DNA of 64,000 bases, taken from a virus. The stretch lies in IMG/VR virus record IMGVR_UViG_3300046804_006785; one strand, 5' to 3'. Shown piece after piece: positions 48,046 to 57,600 of this stretch; position 1 is the stretch's first letter, and each line of letters opens with the position of its first letter. Under the pieces are notes generated by a model that saw only the letters and a program-made list of their open reading frames with translations, was not told the DNA's origin and ran no database searches. A program made the translations under genes and the position numbers.

Positions 48046-48978
48046 ATGAGACACGAAACCTACGTTTACGATGACGAGTTATCTGGTTTTTTACCTGTAC
48101 TAGCTAGATCCGAAGCTATTGCTACTCGCTACCAATCTTTAGATTCTGATTATGTCACTGGTAAAGAGGGTGCTATTAGAAAACTGGTCAAGATTTTCGC
48201 CCCTGGTTTTTTTGCTGGTAGTATTCCTGGTTCTTCAAAAGCTCGGATTTTACCACGCATGACAACTGTTGCTGCCACTGCTGCTAGTGGTACAAGTGTT
48301 ACATTTAAATCTGGTACTGCGGGTATTTTTATACCTGGCGATGTCCTCTCTATTATTCCTCCAACTGCACGAGTTAACGTTGCTTCTGCTAGTGGCGGTT
48401 GGGCTGCGGGTGATACTGTCACATTAACTATCAATGGACAAGCTTTAGTCTATACCGTCGTTAGTGGTGATAATGGCGGATCTTTGACCGCAACTAACGC
48501 CAATGTAGCTAATAAGCTAATCGTAGCCATCAATGCTAATCCTTATCTATCTAGTTTAGTTAGTGGTTTAGCTATAGCTGGTTCTGGCACTAGCACAGAT
48601 ATTGTTTTGTGGGCTAAAGATTTTACCAGTGTATATAGTTTAGCTGCGGCTGATACTGCTACTAATGGTACTGTTACTGCTTCGGCTGCTAATCTTGCAC
48701 CAAATACCGTAGTGGGAACTATCTCTGCTGTTAATACTGCTACTGATGTAGTTACTATTAGCGCGGCGGCTGTGTCTGTTCCTTCTGGTATGCCTTTAGG
48801 TGTTTCTACAAGTTTACCTGATAATTTAGGTATGCTTTCCCCATCTATTCCCATTGACTTGTTATACAGAGAGAGTCAAAATTTCGGTTTATACATAGAT
48901 ACCGACGTTTATCTAAACCGACTTCCCTACATAGATGGTCAATTGACTGCGTTGTATTCTCAAATCAATTTAGTTTAG
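48046..48978 (+). CDS. Head decoration / capsid-associated protein
   Basis: Between protease and major capsid gene; A/T/G/S-rich beta insertion; C-terminal VYLNRLP. Confidence 0.6.
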   Translation: MRHETYVYDDELSGFLPVLARSEAIATRYQSLDSDYVTGKEGAIRKLVKIFAPGFFAGSIPGSSKARILPRMTTVAATAASGTSVTFKSGTAGIFIPGDVLSIIPPTARVNVASASGGWAAGDTVTLTINGQALVYTVVSGDNGGSLTATNANVANKLIVAINANPYLSSLVSGLAIAGSGTSTDIVLWAKDFTSVYSLAAADTATNGTVTASAANLAPNTVVGTISAVNTATDVVTISAAAVSVPSGMPLGVSTSLPDNLGMLSPSIPIDLLYRESQNFGLYIDTDVYLNRLPYIDGQLTALYSQINLV

Positions 48979-48991
48979 GTGGTGCTAAAAG

Positions 48992-50152
48992 ATGCCTTCA
49001 ATTATTGAATTAGTAAACAATCAACCTGGTGTAGTTCAGCGTGCTATTGACTTGCAGCTTTCTACAGTCTCCAGTACAGGCGAGGTCTACCGCGACGGTT
49101 ATCCTGACCCCGCATTAAATCGCTTCTTTCCTTTTGTCCAATATTCAGATCCTATCCTTGCGTTATTAAAGTTGCGTTCCTATACCCCTACTGTGGGTTA
49201 TGTAGTGGCAACTGATGGCGACATTCCTAAAGATAGCGAGCGCATCACTGTTACTCAAGAAACCTTTGGTAACTTTAAACTAGCTAAATCTCGCTTAATC
49301 ACTGAAGAAGATTTTATTGTTGCTCGTCAAGCTGAACAATTGGCTTTGACTGGTAATGGTCAAGCTGCCGAAGCTATTCGCAATATGTTCTTAGCTGTTC
49401 CGGCAATGCTTACCCAATCTCTGATTAACTTGCATACTGTAATGTCTTTACAGGTTGCTTGTACAGGTGCTTGTAATTATGCTGATCCTGTGTCAGGTAT
49501 TACAGCTAATCTTAGCTACATTGGCCAAATTCCTCAAAACAACTTAGCAACTGCTTTGACAGGTTCAGCAGTATGGAGTAATTGGGTAACAGCTAACGGT
49601 ATCAACGATATTGTTAACCACATGAACGATTACTACAACAACCTGAAAAAGTTCCCTCCGTTTATTGTCATGTCTCGTAAAACAGCTAACGACCTACGGA
49701 ATCAGAACAGCACTAAGGCAATTGTGGCTCGTAATACTGGCGTGTTAATGGAAGTTGGTGCGCCTGACGCTGCTGCTGTTGGTCAATTACCTCCTCCATC
49801 TTTAGAGGCTGTGAGTGATGCAATTAACAAGCGTTTGATCGCTGGCGGTGGTCAGTATGGAACTACTCAGATCATCGTATCTGATGCTTTCTACTACCAA
49901 CGTGGTGCTACTGTGTCCGGCACTCAAACCCTTCCTTATATTCCTGCTAATCACTATTTCTTTGCTACCGATAACTATATTGAACGGGCAATTGTACCTA
50001 CTGCGTCTAATAACTTTGCAGGTGGTTTAGTTACAACTACCGAAATAGTTAGTAAAGAACCACCCCAAGAAAAAATTACCGTAGCAGGTCGTGGATTTCC
50101 CTTAGTACCAGATCCTCGGTTTATCGGTGCAAGAAAAGTGGAAGTAGCTTAG
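48992..50152 (+). CDS. Major capsid protein (lambda gpE-like)
   Basis: 386 aa after protease/decoration; RFFP, AVWSN..TANGINDI, IVMSRKT, GFPLVPDP. Confidence 0.8.
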   Translation: MPSIIELVNNQPGVVQRAIDLQLSTVSSTGEVYRDGYPDPALNRFFPFVQYSDPILALLKLRSYTPTVGYVVATDGDIPKDSERITVTQETFGNFKLAKSRLITEEDFIVARQAEQLALTGNGQAAEAIRNMFLAVPAMLTQSLINLHTVMSLQVACTGACNYADPVSGITANLSYIGQIPQNNLATALTGSAVWSNWVTANGINDIVNHMNDYYNNLKKFPPFIVMSRKTANDLRNQNSTKAIVARNTGVLMEVGAPDAAAVGQLPPPSLEAVSDAINKRLIAGGGQYGTTQIIVSDAFYYQRGATVSGTQTLPYIPANHYFFATDNYIERAIVPTASNNFAGGLVTTTEIVSKEPPQEKITVAGRGFPLVPDPRFIGARKVEVA

Positions 50153-50562
50153 TGCTGTGACCATCGGATCTTGTTAGTGCCTGTTGTTCCAGTGATGGAA
50201 GTTCCTTTTGTAAAAGATGCCCTTTCATCACTGGAATAAGTAACTATTTTTAAGAGTCGTTGGTATTCTAAACCGTATTTGCTCAAAGCGTAACTATTGT
50301 CGGATAACTGTTGTAATTCTACCCTGTAAGAATCATCTTCTACTTCTAAAATTCTTAATGTTCCTGCCGTGTAGTCGCTGTTTTCACTAGGTTTAGTAAT
50401 GGAGATTTTATGAGCTATTAGTAACTCGGTTGCTGTGTTTTTTAAAGTTCCCCAATTATAAATATTTATTTCTGACAGAACGTCAGTCATAAATAAATCA
50501 AACTTAGTTTCCTCACCTGCAAATTCTGGATATTTAACAATAAAATCAGCAAAGTAAATCAT
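50149..50562 (-). CDS. Head-tail adaptor (DUF4054-like), inverted relative to operon
   Basis: DFIVKYPEF...WG....ATELLIAHKI...LSKYGLEYQRL. Confidence 0.75.
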   Translation of the reverse strand: MIYFADFIVKYPEFAGEETKFDLFMTDVLSEINIYNWGTLKNTATELLIAHKISITKPSENSDYTAGTLRILEVEDDSYRVELQQLSDNSYALSKYGLEYQRLLKIVTYSSDERASFTKGTSITGTTGTNKIRWSQH

Positions 50563-50986
50563 GATAGAGTCCTATGTTTCCCAAACTATTGGTTATGTGA
50601 ATAAGCCGCATTTTGCGACTAATTTAATCTTAACTTTTAAAGTGGGTGGCGGACAATTTATTGAGGATGCTGTGGGTAATTTAGTTGAAAGTTCTACTAA
50701 TGTTGTAGTGACAGCAACGGTAAGCAATGACTCTCAACCTAGCGTTATTCCTGAAGTGGCAGAAATAGGACAGCAAGTTATGCGACTTAAAGGCAGATTA
50801 ACTTCAGAGTTACCTCCAGAAATCAGTTACGAGTCTATAGCAACGGGAGTTTTAACTGATGCTCAAGGAATGGAAACCATAGGGATATGGCGATTCAGAC
50901 CTGTTGCTCAGAACCGGATCACTAATTATTTAATAGCTAGAAATAAATATATTGAAGGTACTTTAACAATAGCTAGTAAGGTGTAA
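50561..50986 (+). CDS. Head closure-like virion protein
   Basis: Size and position; EDAVGNLV motif. Confidence 0.5.
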   Translation: MIESYVSQTIGYVNKPHFATNLILTFKVGGGQFIEDAVGNLVESSTNVVVTATVSNDSQPSVIPEVAEIGQQVMRLKGRLTSELPPEISYESIATGVLTDAQGMETIGIWRFRPVAQNRITNYLIARNKYIEGTLTIASKV

Positions 50987-50990
50987 AGAA

Positions 50991-51386
50991 ATGGTAGAAG
51001 TTAACTGGAATCAAATTAATATTCCTAAAAAACTTAAGGCAATTCATTCTTGGAATACACCTTATGCTGCTATGGTTCATGAGGGTACAACTTCTGTTAA
51101 TGGTAATGTAAAACCTGCCCGACCTTGGGTAGATGTAGCTATCAAAGAATATGATTTTTTAGAAAATTATGCTGATGGTTTTTCCCAATCTGAAAGCTTC
51201 AAAGAGGCATTTTTAAAAATGTCCGAAGGATTTGGAGAAAACTGTCAATTAAATATTAGCGATACTAGGTGGCAATGGCCGCGCACTACTGTTAGAAAAA
51301 GTGGTGCTGTTGTTGATTCTCCTCGAGATATCGTTGATACGGGTGCGTTGAAAAATTCTTATCAGGTGCAGTATGAAAGTAGCTGA
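50991..51386 (+). CDS. Neck/tail completion protein (HK97 gp10-like)
   Basis: TPYAAMVHEG...PARPW; PRDIVDTGALKNS. Confidence 0.7.
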   Translation: MVEVNWNQINIPKKLKAIHSWNTPYAAMVHEGTTSVNGNVKPARPWVDVAIKEYDFLENYADGFSQSESFKEAFLKMSEGFGENCQLNISDTRWQWPRTTVRKSGAVVDSPRDIVDTGALKNSYQVQYESS

Positions 51387-51741
51387 TTTAAGAAGAATTT
51401 TAACCACTTTGTTAGCTACGGAGCTAGGTGTTTACTCAAATGGAACTCCCTCTGTTTGGGTTTATGGTAGTTCTTCTCAACCGCCTTCATCTAGTAACGG
51501 GCTTGAATGTTTGATTAAAGAAACTCCCGATACTGTAGCTATGGCTACTAGTGCCGGGTATAAGTACAAACCACAATTATGGGAAGTGACTTTAAGGAAT
51601 TGGGCTAAAAACTCTAATTTACCTCTAGCAGTTTCCAAAATTGAAAAACGTTTTAATGTGACTCGCTATACCCATCTTCCGGCAGCGTCTGACACTTTAG
51701 AACAAAGCAGAATCCTCATTTTTGACCCTATTGTAATTTAA
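51373..51741 (+). CDS. Tail terminator-like protein
   Basis: Size and position before tail tube genes. Confidence 0.5.
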   Translation: MKVADLRRILTTLLATELGVYSNGTPSVWVYGSSSQPPSSSNGLECLIKETPDTVAMATSAGYKYKPQLWEVTLRNWAKNSNLPLAVSKIEKRFNVTRYTHLPAASDTLEQSRILIFDPIVI

Positions 51742-51745
51742 TGTT

Positions 51746-52357
51746 ATGCCCATCACTTTAGATTTTAGTCGTCCAAAATCTGTTACTACAAACTCAACTA
51801 ACGCGGTTATCAATGCGGGTACTGCGGTAGAAGTTGATACAGGTTCAGAAGAGTCTTACTTTTTGCCTTTCACCCATGCGTCTATTACTCCTAGCGCGTT
51901 TAATGTAGCTGGTTGTAACTTAGTAGCAAGTAACACCACTATTACCACTACTACTGCTGATGGCTTTGCGTCTGTGCGAGTGGGTGATGTTGTCACTGTT
52001 AATGCTGGTGGCGGTACTATTTCTGCTAACACTGTAACTGCTGTTAATAGCACAACTTCTATTACTTTAAGCGTTGCGCCTTCTGCTAGTAGTTCATCTG
52101 CTAATAGCACTACCCTAACAATTACACCTCCCGCTATTACACCTACTACTTGGGGTATTCGCTTAACTTATGTCAGGTCTGGCTCTGTGGTTTCTATTCG
52201 TCCTACTTTGTTTCTTTATGACGGTAGTTTGAATGGTGCGGCAGGTACGGCGGCTAATGCTACCGCTGTTATTAACTTGGTTGATGCTCAGGGTAACTCG
52301 CCTAGCGTTGATCTGGATGCTTTTTATAGCAATATTCGCGTAGCTAGAACTGCTTAA
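51746..52357 (+). CDS. Virion structural protein (T/S/A-rich)
   Basis: Beta-rich composition; position in tail operon. Confidence 0.5.
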   Translation: MPITLDFSRPKSVTTNSTNAVINAGTAVEVDTGSEESYFLPFTHASITPSAFNVAGCNLVASNTTITTTTADGFASVRVGDVVTVNAGGGTISANTVTAVNSTTSITLSVAPSASSSSANSTTLTITPPAITPTTWGIRLTYVRSGSVVSIRPTLFLYDGSLNGAAGTAANATAVINLVDAQGNSPSVDLDAFYSNIRVARTA

Positions 52358-52398
52358 TCTCTTTAATTTTGTTTAATCTCAAATAGGATTTTTAAATT

Positions 52399-53157
52399 AT
52401 GGCTATTGCTAATCGTCCCGTACAAACTGTCATTCTTCAAAACTATACTTTAGATTTGAAGTTGCTACCAGAGAATACTCGTAGTGTCACTACAGCAACT
52501 ATTACCGCCCCATCTGGTGCTGCTGAAAGTGCTACTACTCTTAATGTAGTCACTACCGCAGGTGTTAACTACACAATTGCGGCTGGTACATCTTTAAATT
52601 TTGCTGCTCCTTCTAACCCTCTTAGCAGACAACAGGTATTAGTGTTAGCTAACGCGACTTTGAACGGTACAAGTACCGTAACTCTTAGCATTGCTCCTTT
52701 ATTAGACCCCATTGTTGCTAACTCTACATCTCGCTTAGTGCAAGATATGTTCCCACTATTGGGAATTACTAGCTTTGGGTTACAGCCTTCTCCTACTGTT
52801 GTGGATACTACACACTCTCAATCCGGTTCAGGTACTAGTTCTGCTATTATCCGTTCTAAGCGGGAAATATCTGTAGAAGGTATTGAATATGTAGGTGATA
52901 TTGCTTTAGAACAATTCATCAAACGTACACACTTCGATCCTGTGTACATGAACCGTGAATTGTACGCTATTGCTACCTATCCTAACGGATCTAGATTTGA
53001 AGGGGCTGCTAAGTCTACCGCTTTAAACTTGACAGGTACACCAATGGAAGTAATGAAGTATACCTTTACTTTAGAGTTCCAAGACGATTGGATTTGGACT
53101 CCTGCCTACTACGCTAGTGGCGGTTTATCTAATGGTTTCCCCAACTATAACCTCTAA
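52399..53157 (+). CDS. Major tail (tube) protein
   Basis: LLGITSFGLQPSPTVVDTT...EISVEG...FEGAA...KYTFTLEF; precedes chaperones and tape measure. Confidence 0.7.
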   Translation: MAIANRPVQTVILQNYTLDLKLLPENTRSVTTATITAPSGAAESATTLNVVTTAGVNYTIAAGTSLNFAAPSNPLSRQQVLVLANATLNGTSTVTLSIAPLLDPIVANSTSRLVQDMFPLLGITSFGLQPSPTVVDTTHSQSGSGTSSAIIRSKREISVEGIEYVGDIALEQFIKRTHFDPVYMNRELYAIATYPNGSRFEGAAKSTALNLTGTPMEVMKYTFTLEFQDDWIWTPAYYASGGLSNGFPNYNL

Positions 53158-53399
53158 TGAAAGTTTTGAAAGATAGTACAGGTTTACTGGCTGTCTTAAT
53201 TAACTGCCGCATTACGCAAGATAGGTTGTTATGTGGTGCGGCAGTTTTTAGGGGTGGTTTATCTGGAGAAATTATTGTTTCTAATGACAAATCTACCTAC
53301 AAAATTAAAATCCCTGATTCAGTTCAGACGGTGGCAACCTATCAAGTTTTTGCAGACTCAGATGATAATTTGGAGATTGAATATGCGTCCAGTAATTAA
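53157..53399 (+). CDS. Small hypothetical tail-operon protein
   Basis: TAATG-coupled 80-aa ORF. Confidence 0.6.
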   Translation: MKVLKDSTGLLAVLINCRITQDRLLCGAAVFRGGLSGEIIVSNDKSTYKIKIPDSVQTVATYQVFADSDDNLEIEYASSN

Positions 53400-54216
53400 T
53401 AAAAAGCCAAGATACGAAATTGTTCCAGTTGGTGATGATCTATCAGGAATTATCTATTTAGAAAAGCGTGGATCTTTGACTGTTGGCGAAGCTAGTGCTG
53501 TGGATATGATTGATGCTAAACGTCAAAAAGCAGCAATTATTGCTTCTAAATTAGTTAAAAAAATCTCCGTTGATCGTGGTGTAACCATTGCTGAGGCTCA
53601 AGAATTATTATCCCCTACTCGCAACGCTGATAGTGGTGTTGAGGTTGATAATTCTGCTGTAATCTATGATTACATTGAGGATTTTACTGAGTTAAATTCT
53701 TTAAGTGCCATTGATAGTGCTTCTGTTTCTATTGCTATAGCTACTTTATTAATTCAAAAACGGGTAGCTTTTCCTGTGGAATTATTAGCACCTGTAGCAT
53801 TTAATTCTACTCAGATTAAAATTGCGCCTGTTAACTTTTATCTGAAGGATAAACAGGTAATTAAATTTGGTGATTGCTTAGTAGTTGTTAACGGTAATCA
53901 TGAACCTGCTAATGAGCAAGATTATCTGAATATTAATGTTCTACCTGTGTCTGAAAATCTGGAAGCTGTAACTGGTTTCTTGTACAACAAAGCTGAGAAA
54001 AAATATCAGGTTGGTACTGAAGATTGGACAGAAGAAGATACCAAGGGCTGCAGTAATGAATTTGTTTCAGCTATCTACAAGTTCTATGAAAATGAACGCA
54101 GTCGTTGGCAAGTAGAAGCACCTGTAACTAATGCGGCTGTCCAGGGGGAGCAACAGCAACCAGTCCAATTGACTGGAGTAGCATCTACTGGCGAATCCAG
54201 TCCTATAGGATATTAG
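53383..54216 (+). CDS. Tail assembly chaperone (gpG-like)
   Basis: ATG 53383 with GGAG RBS; between tail tube and tape measure; slippery G GGG GAG at 54144-54150. Confidence 0.7.
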   Translation: MRPVINKKPRYEIVPVGDDLSGIIYLEKRGSLTVGEASAVDMIDAKRQKAAIIASKLVKKISVDRGVTIAEAQELLSPTRNADSGVEVDNSAVIYDYIEDFTELNSLSAIDSASVSIAIATLLIQKRVAFPVELLAPVAFNSTQIKIAPVNFYLKDKQVIKFGDCLVVVNGNHEPANEQDYLNINVLPVSENLEAVTGFLYNKAEKKYQVGTEDWTEEDTKGCSNEFVSAIYKFYENERSRWQVEAPVTNAAVQGEQQQPVQLTGVASTGESSPIGY

Positions 54217-54542
54217 ACCCTAGATTTGCTGATTGGGATACCTTTCTCGATCAGCCTATTCATATAGTTTTTGAGTGCATTGAGGCACTTGAAAAGAACA
54301 GGAAAGAGCAGTCAAACATTGAGGCAAGGGTTCACGCTATCGGATGGTCTGGACTGTTTAACGGGTTCAAAAAAGAAACAGATCCGAGTATTGATTTTGT
54401 GGACTTGTTGCCCTTTGCAGACGAAATTAAAGAGAATAATCGGAAAGTCAGTGAACGGACAGAAGCGATTATTTCTGAATTAATTAAAACTAATGGTTTG
54501 TCTGCTCCTGTTCTGTCCGCGTTGAGTCTGCTATTACCTTGA
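54132..54542 (+). CDS. -1 frame extension of tail chaperone (gpT-like; no ATG, not in ORF track)
   Basis: Open frame ...IDWSSIYWRIQSYRILDPRF...DLLPF...LLLP* reached by -1 slip. Confidence 0.75.
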   Translation, partial: CGCPGGATATSPIDWSSIYWRIQSYRILDPRFADWDTFLDQPIHIVFECIEALEKNRKEQSNIEARVHAIGWSGLFNGFKKETDPSIDFVDLLPFADEIKENNRKVSERTEAIISELIKTNGLSAPVLSALSLLLP

Positions 54543-54604
54543 TTGTAAATTACGAATTTTAATTACGAATTTACAATCTTTTTTTATAAGAGGAGATTTT
54601 TATT

Positions 54605-57600
54605 ATGAATTTAGGTGAGTTAATTGTTGAATTGTGTGCTGATACTGCACAATTAGAAAAATCTCTAGAACAGGCTAAAAAGAAAGCCTATGAAGCGGCT
54701 GCAAGTATTGAAAAAAGTTTTGATAAAATTAATTTAGAAATTAATGTTGACGATGATAGTTTAGCTGACTTAAATAAACATCTAAATCTTAAAGTACAAC
54801 ACCTTAAAGAAGTTAATAAATATTTTAATAATAATCCGATTGTTGTTAATGTTGACGACGATCAACTTGTTGATCTTAATAAACACTTACATACTAAAGT
54901 ACAGCACCTTAAAGAAGTTAATAAATACTTTAATAGTAATCCTATAACTGTTAATACTGATGTTACTAAATTAGATGAGTTAGAACAAAGATTGGGTAAT
55001 TTATCTAGTAAAACTATTACCATAACCGTTGAATCTGATTTAAGTAAGCAATTAGAAAAAAGTTTAACTGATGCTGTTCAAAGTGCTGTAAGAGATGCTG
55101 TAAGTGAACAGTCAGCTACATCTCAACAACAGTCACAAAGAGAAAGCGCGCCATCTAATAGACCTCAACGAGTTGATGTAGTTGCTAGTCCTATGCGGTC
55201 TATTGTTGATGGACTTTTTGAAGGCGTTGGGAAGAAACTTACTAAGGGACTTGATCGCAGTATTGAAGATGCTGTTGGTGTAAATATGGACACCATGACC
55301 AGAATATCCGGTAATATGTTATTGCGCTATTTTGGTGTAGGTAAAAAAGCACAATCAGATCCTAAGAATGAACAAAAACGCGTTGAAACTATTGTTAAAG
55401 ACGGTGTATCTGCTTTTATAAGAAGTCATGATGGTAAAACTGGAAAGGGAGGTACAGGAAGGGGTAGAACTGCTAGACCATCAGGAGATGATGATCTTGG
55501 TGTAGATTTTGACAGCGTTAGCAGAATTGCTAGTAATAGCACATTAAGATATTTTGGTGTTGGTAAAAAAGCACAATCAGATCCAAAAAATCAACAAGCT
55601 AAGTTAAAGGCAATTATTGAGGATGCGATTAGAGAATATTCAGGACGGGATATAGGACAGGATAATTCTGGAGTTATTTCCAGAACATTTTCGGAAATAA
55701 ATACGGCATTTTCTGACAGTATTAATATTAGTGTTGAGAGTATTGCTCAAAGGGCTAAATTAGCGACTATTAGGCAAGTTAGAAAATCCGCCAGTTCAGT
55801 TACTCAAAACTCATCATCAGGTGTTCAAAATGCTGTAAGTGGTTTTTTTGATGCAGCTGAAAGTGGTGAAAGCGGAGCAATTACTAAATATATTGGACAA
55901 GGTTTAGCATCACAATCTAAAAAGACAGTAGAAGCTGTTTTTTCTAAAATATTTCCTAATGTGTCTTCTAGTATTAAAGGTTTATTAGGAACGGGATTAC
56001 CAAATCAAACGTCTGCACCTGTTGTTAAATCTTCCTCAGATACACTTAGAGAAGCAGCTACAGACTTAAAAAACGCTGCTAAAGCTTTAAGTGAAGCTAC
56101 CATAAATTTAGGATCTGCAACTAATACAGTCAAATCTTTACCAAGTAATAAGGCTACGGATTCATCTGTAATTAACACTACTTTAAATGATTCATTGCCT
56201 TTACCTAAGCAGCTACCAGCTAAGGAAAATAAAGTACCATTACCACTTCCAGCTAAAAAACGGGAATTAGAGCCAATTCCTGTTAATATTCCTGAGCAAA
56301 TTAAGCCACTTTTCCAAACAATTCAATCTGAAATAGTTAAAAATATTGATATATCCCAAGGCTATAAAGATGCTACGGCAGCCGAAAATAAATTAATACC
56401 TTTACCTCCTGTTTCTTCTGATAAAACAGCTAATACAAAAAAATATGCTCAGACTTCCTTAGATGAGATTGATAAAGCATTAACATCTATTAAAAAATAT
56501 TTTGCAGATGAATATAAGAGAATACAAGCAAAAGTTAAACAAGCTACCACAGTAGGTACGCATGAAGAAATTAAATCAGCAAGAGCTGAAGTTACTACTT
56601 TTGTGAAAAAGTCTAGAGAAGCAGTCGCTACTGTTGATAGGTTCGTAAAAACAGGTGAGGACGCTGGCTTTAGCAAAGATATTAATAGTGAATTGAGTGC
56701 AATTCATAGTAAAGGTAAAGCACCTATAGCTAGAAATGCTAGTAGTGCAGAAAAACTCGAAGGCAAGTTAAATCTTGCAGATAAAAAATTATTTGATCAG
56801 CAATTAAAGGGTTATACAGAGTTAGCAACTGTATATGGAGTAGAGATCCCTAGAGGTTTGCAAAACGGGATTAAACATGGTGCTGGCGGGGTATCTGATG
56901 CCGCCCGTGTTATGCTCGATGACTTTATTAAAGTAGTCCAAACCAAAATGCAGATCCAGTCACCATCTTGGTTGATGTTTGAGATGGGTCTAATGATAAC
57001 TTCGGGTTTGTTTTTAGGAATGCAAAAAGGTAATAGCAAGGTTGCTCAAGGTGCAAGACAGATAGTATCAACTGTAACTGATATTGTAGGTGCAGTAAAA
57101 ACCTTTGCTGACCCAGCTCTTGGTGCAGCTAGTGTAATACCTGGACTTACATCAATTAGCACGTATGGAAGTGCTGGTCTAAGTGCTACGGATACGGGAT
57201 TGAAAATACTAGGTAAGGTTGGAGAACGTCATGCAGCAAACCCTAGTGAAACTTTATTTCAGTCTGTAGGTGGGTCTGCTAAAGATTTTGTAAATAGCAT
57301 TGTTGCTGATAAAACTTTGACTACACCTAGAGCGGCTTTTGATCACACTATAAATATTGCTAAAGCTGGCGCGTTAGGTCTTGGTGCTAATCCGATGACT
57401 GTCAGTGCCGTTGATGCTGCTCAAGCTGGTATGACCGCGTTATTAAGAAATAGTGCTATTACTAAAGCTGTTACTCAAGCTCATGGACAAACTAAGGCGA
57501 AGTTACAAGCTGATACTTCCCTTGATTATATGTCTACGTTTAAGAGTGTTTTAAATGACAATTTGAAAGACCTTAAACTCAGTAAGAGTGAAATAGTAAG

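Noticed and set aside
54271-54483. 70-aa ORF listed in the track
   Set aside because: Overlaps the gpT-like -1 frame, which fits the known arrangement much better
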